From contig OZ245742.1 in assembly GCA_965227295.1 (NCBI GenBank), forward strand, positions 1,856,001 to 1,920,000: a stretch of 64,000 nucleotides of DNA. Direction: 5' to 3'. Source of the stretch: Leptonemataceae bacterium. Lineage in GTDB: Bacteria > Spirochaetota > Leptospiria > Leptospirales > Leptonemataceae. A model generated the notes under the pieces. The model ran no database searches. It saw only the letters and a program-made list of their open reading frames with translations, and had not been told where the DNA came from. A program made the translations under genes and the position numbers. Positions 57,701 to 64,000 of the stretch are shown in pieces (position 1 is the stretch's first letter; every line of letters starts with the position of its first letter).

Positions 57701-58202
57701 CGCCCGGGATGAAGGCCTGGCCCGGGACGCCTTTCTGTTGATTGAAGCCGTTCCGGATCGCGAGGGCGAATCGTCCGCGGCGTTCAGCGAGCGTTTGTAT
57801 CGCATGTATGCGGGCTGGGCGAAGTTGCGCCGCATGCGCTTCGCCGTACTCGAAGAGGCCCCGGACGTCGGTCGTTATGTACTGGCTGCGGCGGGTTTCG
57901 GAGCGTATCGTATTTTGCAGAACGAAAGCGGGCTACACGTCTACGAAAGTCCGTCGGAGCGCCGGCGAGTGCGGTTGCGGGTCATGCCGCAACCGGACCA
58001 CGAGGCCGCGGGCGGAACGGAGTTGCTCACCGAACAGGCGCAGCGGGCCTTTGCGCAAGCTTACGATGAACAGGAGTTTGCGCGCGTGGTGCGTCGCTAC
58101 CGGGAAGAGCCGTCACCGTTGGTCCGCGACGCGGTGCGCGGCTATCGCACGGGCAGAGTGGAGCGGGTGTTCGAGGGCAACTTCGATCTGGTGAGTGAGT
58201 GA
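54744..58202 (+). CDS. Membrane-anchored ClpA/ClpB-like double AAA+ ATPase fused to a release-factor (RF2/PCRF)-like module lacking GGQ
   Basis: N-terminal TM; GDPGTGKS; GPTGTGKT; LLDEFEKAH; GIGF; EFLNRIDR; GARPLRR. C-terminus ADFW...LYRMYAGWA...GFGAYRILQNESGLH...VRRYREEPSPLVRDAVRGYRTGRVERVFEGNFD. Confidence 0.88.
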   Translation: MSVVESFYMMIGAAVCIAGVGGYLLGRRQTRRRGVIALPAFDDKARKPEPEPEPVPNPPAQAVATQAPENENTAAETPALRLQAILRDLDTTFYDLAHPRDLLEQKAFADGVALLADRESFGPAELEGYVAGDSITAACLALRSLELRAEDHPEKVPEVARETVLRFLPGLSTFPLYYALRFLGATAVDQRSVAEVLLYVNEWWAGNALVVTILGEYLQEASKQHPGAPAFGDALNEPPSAMNVEAVAKVLDALNVNGRFDLRREFERFRRTQIDRGYLNGIGRIREARVQKNGIVAQPDWEPRLSALERQLRGKQPRSVLIVGDPGTGKSSFLELLLDRFSRSGWKIFIAGAQDVMAGQTYIGEIEKRVRELAGHLAVDRKIIWHVPDLMEMHYAARHRYNPVSLLEMFLPYVESGALIIVSEIRSGTYERLSRWKARVRTVFETVRLRTPDDAEAVALFRRWAEPQYGNLHSSFLKEAMQMARQYFSDQQAPGNLFTFMKMVLGRLERGRESNPGRAPGQDDLLQTLAGLTGLPVALLDERQSLDPEDLRELFLSRVVGQTEAVDCLVERVAMIKAGLTDPKRPYGVFLFVGPTGTGKTEIAKTLAEFLFGSADRLLRFDMSEFQSYDSLGRLVGEGGLEDANDPGDGSLVRKIRKQPFSVLLLDEFEKAHPNVWDLFLQVFDDGRLTDRQGVTADFRHSIIILTSNVGAVVSRGPGIGFESGSGGTLSVSGVEKGLSQTFRREFLNRIDRIVVFRPLSRAVMREILQKELRAVMGRRGLRHREWDLEWDDSALEFLLDRGFTPDLGARPLRRAVERYLLSPLAMTIARRQYPEGSQFLLIRGDSEGLQVDFIDPDRLESEDVEATDVPEDHRDLRGLVLQAAGTPEEAALLERTLQRLGQRASEDDWLAAKNELIERTNQADFWEYDDRYAVLSRIELFHRLEEALETAGSLYRRLTDRRPPYSPDLSRRLARLLYLLEQAQLARDEGLARDAFLLIEAVPDREGESSAAFSERLYRMYAGWAKLRRMRFAVLEEAPDVGRYVLAAAGFGAYRILQNESGLHVYESPSERRRVRLRVMPQPDHEAAGGTELLTEQAQRAFAQAYDEQEFARVVRRYREEPSPLVRDAVRGYRTGRVERVFEGNFDLVSE

Positions 58203-58215
58203 GGGAAGAAAACCT

Positions 58216-58347
58216 ACTCCGAGGACCGAGGCACCGAGTTTTTTTTGGGGAGGCTGTTGTAGCCCGGAATATTGCGGGTTACGCTCGTTCTTGAGCCTTT
58301 GAAAATTCCTCTCCCAAACCTTCCCTCGACACCTCGGTCCTCGGAGT
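58216..58347. repeat. Empty (non-coding) inverted pair of the GxxExxY-associated CCGAGG repeat
   Basis: ACTCCGAGGACCGAGGCACCGAG (58216-58238) and the reverse-complement copy ACTCCGAGGACCGAGGTGTCGAG (58325-58347), between convergent genes. Confidence 0.8.
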
Positions 58348-58373
58348 AAAAAAAAACGAGGGCGCCCGTAACC

Positions 58374-59531
<1,158 letters not shown>

Positions 59532-59556
59532 TGATTTACCTCAGCGAGTCTCAAGA

Positions 59557-59584
59557 GTTTCATTGACTCAAATGTCAATGAAAC
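59557..59584. promoter_or_regulatory. Palindromic operator upstream of the acyl-CoA dehydrogenase
   Basis: Perfect 11-bp inverted repeat GTTTCATTGAC-N6-GTCAATGAAAC, 26 nt from the start codon. Confidence 0.65.
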
Positions 59585-59679
59585 AAGCATAGAGCCGGCG
59601 TCAATCGAATCTTACAGCGTTTAAGAATCGGCGAAATGGTTTGATCCCGGAATAAAATGCAGGTTAGGACGAGGTGGAG

Positions 59680-59978
59680 TTGGGCGCGTCGCCTTCGGCG
59701 ACCGCGCTTTCCGGGGCTCCGCTTCGCTGCGGTCTCGCCTGCGGCGAGACTGGCCTTCGGCCACCCCTCCAATCGCTCGCGCAAGAGTTGCGATTTCAAG
59801 TTCTTGCGCCAGGGATGCGAAGCATGGCGCGTAGCGCCAGTCTCGCGCTTGCGCGAGACCGAAGCGATAGCGGAGTGCGTAGCAGCCCGACCGCCGCGCA
59901 CAAGTCTCGCTTCGGCGAGACTTGTGAACCCGACGACTCGCAAGGCGAGTCGCTACACTCGCGGCGGGGGCGCCCAAA
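59680..59978. repeat. REP/REPIN-like doublet element, copy 2
   Basis: The first ~100 nt are nearly identical to the reverse complement of 5374-5479; ends TTGGGCGC...GCGCCCAA; extra internal hairpins. Confidence 0.85.
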
Positions 59979-59987
59979 AGAAACTTC

Positions 59988-61058
59988 TCAAGGATCCGAT
60001 TGCATCTCCGCAAACTTCAATACTTCATCAACAAACATCTCCCGCGCGGTCCGCATCCACTCGCGATCGACGTTCGGCTGTTGCTGATTTTCATATGCCG
60101 CGCGGTAATCGAAACGATTCGCCGTCACCGCCCCGAGCTGCGCGGCGTGCTGCGCGTTCAATAACTGCTCAAACTGACCCGGCTGCGGCACCAGATAACA
60201 CGGCTTGCCGAAGTACAACGCCTCGGCGACACTTTCAAAGCCGGCGCGGGAAGCATAGGCGCGGCAACCGGCCAGGTCCTGTAGGAACTCCTGTGCATCG
60301 GACTGCTTAAAGCGCACGCGACCGACGGTTTCGTCACGATGATAACCGTAGACGATCGCCGGCAGGTCGTCGCCGCACTGACGCAGGATTTCGTCGCGCA
60401 TGCCGCCGGAGTTGTGATAGATCAAAAGATAGTCGCCGTCTTGCGCGCGCGTATCGTAGACCTCGCGGCGCAACAGGGGCGGCAGGATCACGGCTTCGCC
60501 GCGAGCGCGTTCGAGGCCGGGGAGCAGACTCAGCGCCAGGTCCAGGCCGCCGCGACGATGCATCAACGCCATGGCCAGGCGAAAGCCCGCGTAGATGCGC
60601 AAACGACTCAGGCCGACGTGCGGCCGCGGACAATCGTGCAACAGAAAACGACGATGGCCGTCGATGGTGATCAGCGGAAGTTTGCGGCGCAATGCCTCGC
60701 CGGAAACGAAGGCCTCGAAGTCCGAAAGCACCACATCGGGGTGCACGCCGTCCAGAATGGCACGTACGTCCCGCATACGCCGCCCGTGCTTCGACAGATC
60801 GGCGAGATAGCGCAACGTCGTCCGCGTGAACGAAACGCCGCCGCGACGGTCCTCGACCATGTACGGGCCCGGGATGGATTGCAGCGTTACATGCGGCAGC
60901 AATCGACGCAGGGCCGGTTCGAACCAGGCGGCGGGTTTGCGGCCGACGGTAACAATGTGCAGGTCAAAGTGCGGGGCGAGCAGATCGCAGTAGACCAGGC
61001 CGCGGGAGAGGTGGCCGGAGTACTGGCTTTGCAGGGCGATGAGCAGACGCGCGGGCAC
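59988..61058 (-). CDS. GT-B glycosyltransferase (MJ1255/VC2487-like)
   Basis: GHLSRG, PDVVLSDFE, PPLLR and AGFESVAEALYFGKPCYLVPQPGQFEQLLNA. Confidence 0.88.
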   Translation of the reverse strand: MPARLLIALQSQYSGHLSRGLVYCDLLAPHFDLHIVTVGRKPAAWFEPALRRLLPHVTLQSIPGPYMVEDRRGGVSFTRTTLRYLADLSKHGRRMRDVRAILDGVHPDVVLSDFEAFVSGEALRRKLPLITIDGHRRFLLHDCPRPHVGLSRLRIYAGFRLAMALMHRRGGLDLALSLLPGLERARGEAVILPPLLRREVYDTRAQDGDYLLIYHNSGGMRDEILRQCGDDLPAIVYGYHRDETVGRVRFKQSDAQEFLQDLAGCRAYASRAGFESVAEALYFGKPCYLVPQPGQFEQLLNAQHAAQLGAVTANRFDYRAAYENQQQPNVDREWMRTAREMFVDEVLKFAEMQSDP

Positions 61059-61062
61059 GTGA

Positions 61063-62667
61063 CTATTCGATCACGGTACCCTGTACGAAGCGACGAAAAA
61101 TTTCCATCTTACGCAGGCCGAAGACGCGCAGTTTGTTCTCTTTCAGCCATTTCTCGACGCCCAAATACGTGACACCGGGCTGCTCCCGCTTGCGCAGGGA
61201 GACGCCTTCTTCATAGAGAATTCGATACTCACGCTTCACCATTTCCAACTGGCGCGAATACGTTAAGTACGAGTCCACGTCTTCTCCGGTGACGTCTTTT
61301 TCTTTGAGGCGCGCGTTCCACCAGTCGATGAGCACCTTCTTCAAGAATTCCTCCGGGTACTCGCGCACGGTGTTGTTGTTATGATCGAGGTAGAACATCT
61401 CCCCCAGGCCGCGACCGCGCAGGTCGCCCAGGAGAATGCGGTAAAAGACGTTGGGCCCGCAGTGATACAAAAACACTTCCGGTTTTTCTACGCCGGGAAA
61501 GTCTTCTTCCAGCACGCCGTTAGCCATCTTTGCCAGGCTGTCGGTGATGAGGTCGTGGTACGGAACGATGGCGTGTTCGCCCTGGCCCTTGCGGACCACC
61601 GCCGCCGCCGTAGTCATGGGAACGTGCAGGATGTCGTTTTCGTCGACGTTTACGTGATAGGCCTCTTTCAAGAGCGTAACACATTCTTCGAAGAACTTAA
61701 TGGGCACTTCTAGATTGTAGTGCGGACTGCGGTTCCAGTCGCGACTGCCCAGCAGCGGCACGCTGATGATGCTGGCACGATTGAGCTTGTGCTCCCGGGT
61801 TTCGAGGACGATGTTGTAGGCGATGGATCCGCCCAGATCGGGGCCGACGGCTTCTTCTTTGTCTTGTTCCTCGGCCTCTTTTTCCTGGTCGTCGACCTGG
61901 GTCGGCATCTCGCCGGGCTCCGGTTCGTCCAGCAGGCCGTAGACCGTGTAGCGGATGTCCTCGTCGTAATTGACGTCGATCTTGTGGCTACCGGTGATCT
62001 GGTCGACGTTCTCCTTGCGGACGTTCATGTAGAGCCGCAGTTCGTCCAGGAAGGAATCCGTCTGGCGAATGAGCAGAGTCAGCGACTTCAGGTACTCCTT
62101 TTCGATCTGCAACGCCAGGGTGCGGGTGACTTTCAAAACCGAAAGAGTATCGAGGATCTTCTGCACCTCGCGCCAGTTATTCTTCGCGCTTTCGTTGAAC
62201 GTACGGATCTTTTCGTAGAGGCGCTTGAACTTCAGAAACTGGATTTGCCGGCGGTTCTGGGTGCTCTCGAAGTAACGCCGTTCCAGGCGGGAGGCTTCTT
62301 TTTCCAGGGAGTCGTCCGAGGACGTTTCCACGTAGACTCTAAAGCTTTTTTGAATTGCACTTAAGGCCGCGTCCAGTTTTTCGCCGTGGGCCTCGATGGC
62401 GCTCTGTACGTCCGAGGGCAGCCCGACCGACAGGAACTTGTCCCGAATGATTTGGACGGTGCTCCAGTGCGGGCGCAGCACACCCTCAATGGGTTTCTTG
62501 AATACGCGGTGATCGTGGACGTCCCGGTAGGAGATATCGTGGGAGAAGTCCAGATCCTGGAAGGGGCTTGCCTCTCCGGCGCGCTTCGCCCGGGCCTCGT
62601 CCCGGGCTTTCTGTTCGGCCTGGAGGTTCTCCAGTTCGAAGGGATCGTCGGCGAAAGGGTGCAGCAT
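61063..62667 (-). CDS. Hypothetical cytoplasmic protein downstream of ftsH
   Basis: 534-aa ORF with strong GC3 bias, co-oriented with ftsH; no motif recognised. Confidence 0.75.
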   Translation of the reverse strand: MLHPFADDPFELENLQAEQKARDEARAKRAGEASPFQDLDFSHDISYRDVHDHRVFKKPIEGVLRPHWSTVQIIRDKFLSVGLPSDVQSAIEAHGEKLDAALSAIQKSFRVYVETSSDDSLEKEASRLERRYFESTQNRRQIQFLKFKRLYEKIRTFNESAKNNWREVQKILDTLSVLKVTRTLALQIEKEYLKSLTLLIRQTDSFLDELRLYMNVRKENVDQITGSHKIDVNYDEDIRYTVYGLLDEPEPGEMPTQVDDQEKEAEEQDKEEAVGPDLGGSIAYNIVLETREHKLNRASIISVPLLGSRDWNRSPHYNLEVPIKFFEECVTLLKEAYHVNVDENDILHVPMTTAAAVVRKGQGEHAIVPYHDLITDSLAKMANGVLEEDFPGVEKPEVFLYHCGPNVFYRILLGDLRGRGLGEMFYLDHNNNTVREYPEEFLKKVLIDWWNARLKEKDVTGEDVDSYLTYSRQLEMVKREYRILYEEGVSLRKREQPGVTYLGVEKWLKENKLRVFGLRKMEIFRRFVQGTVIE

Positions 62668-62728
62668 GGCTTAACGTACGCTCGCCGTAAGCTACGGCGC
62701 CGGTACGGCGCCGCTCAGGAAGAAACGC

Positions 62729-64000
<1,272 letters not shown>

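Noticed and set aside
54744-58202. Calling this gene clpB/clpA or prfB
   Set aside because: It has no Clp N-domain or M-domain, no GYVG pore loop, a degenerate first Walker B and no GGQ; it is a distinct fusion protein.
59575-60310. Several overlapping ORFs across the intergenic repeat
   Set aside because: They arise from the stop-poor palindromic element; similar pseudo-peptides appear at 5256-5480.
62690-62715. Short tandem repeat TACGGCGCCG x2 after ftsH
   Set aside because: Two 10-nt copies in GC-rich DNA are not significant on their own.

Overview
A GC-rich bacterial chromosomal window. The 7TM-DISM/SpoIIE sensor, DUF3365 cytochrome, atypical REC-HATPase and REP-like GGGCGC elements suggest a Leptospiraceae-like spirochaete (inference). 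Recognisable genes and clusters: a vapBC toxin-antitoxin pair; a gamma-glutamylation amine-catabolism cluster (GlnA-like, Fe-ADH, PuuD-like, ALDH); a truncated IS3; asnS; a C39-peptidase/RimK/GCS2/N-formylglutamate-amidohydrolase operon; a heavily deleted Cus/Czc efflux locus; a two-component locus plus a complete chemosensory operon ending in an EAL gene; a decayed island beside tRNA-Ser(GGA); tadA; and ftsH (partial). Four things stand out. (1) A membrane-anchored ClpA-like double-AAA+ protein with a ClpP-docking IGF loop, fused to a release-factor-2-like module lacking the catalytic GGQ domain (54744-58202), a candidate ribosome-linked proteolytic quality-control factor. (2) A 146-nt tRNA-shaped RNA with a structured 78-nt variable arm (49208-49353, minus), a possible tRNA mimic or Y-RNA-like ncRNA. 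(3) A GxxExxY nuclease gene bracketed by ~34-bp inverted repeats, with an empty copy and solo ends elsewhere in the window, resembling an autonomous/non-autonomous mobile system. (4) A second family of structured REP/REPIN-like doublets showing covariation. No CRISPR array or rRNA was seen. All calls were made by eye, without database searches.
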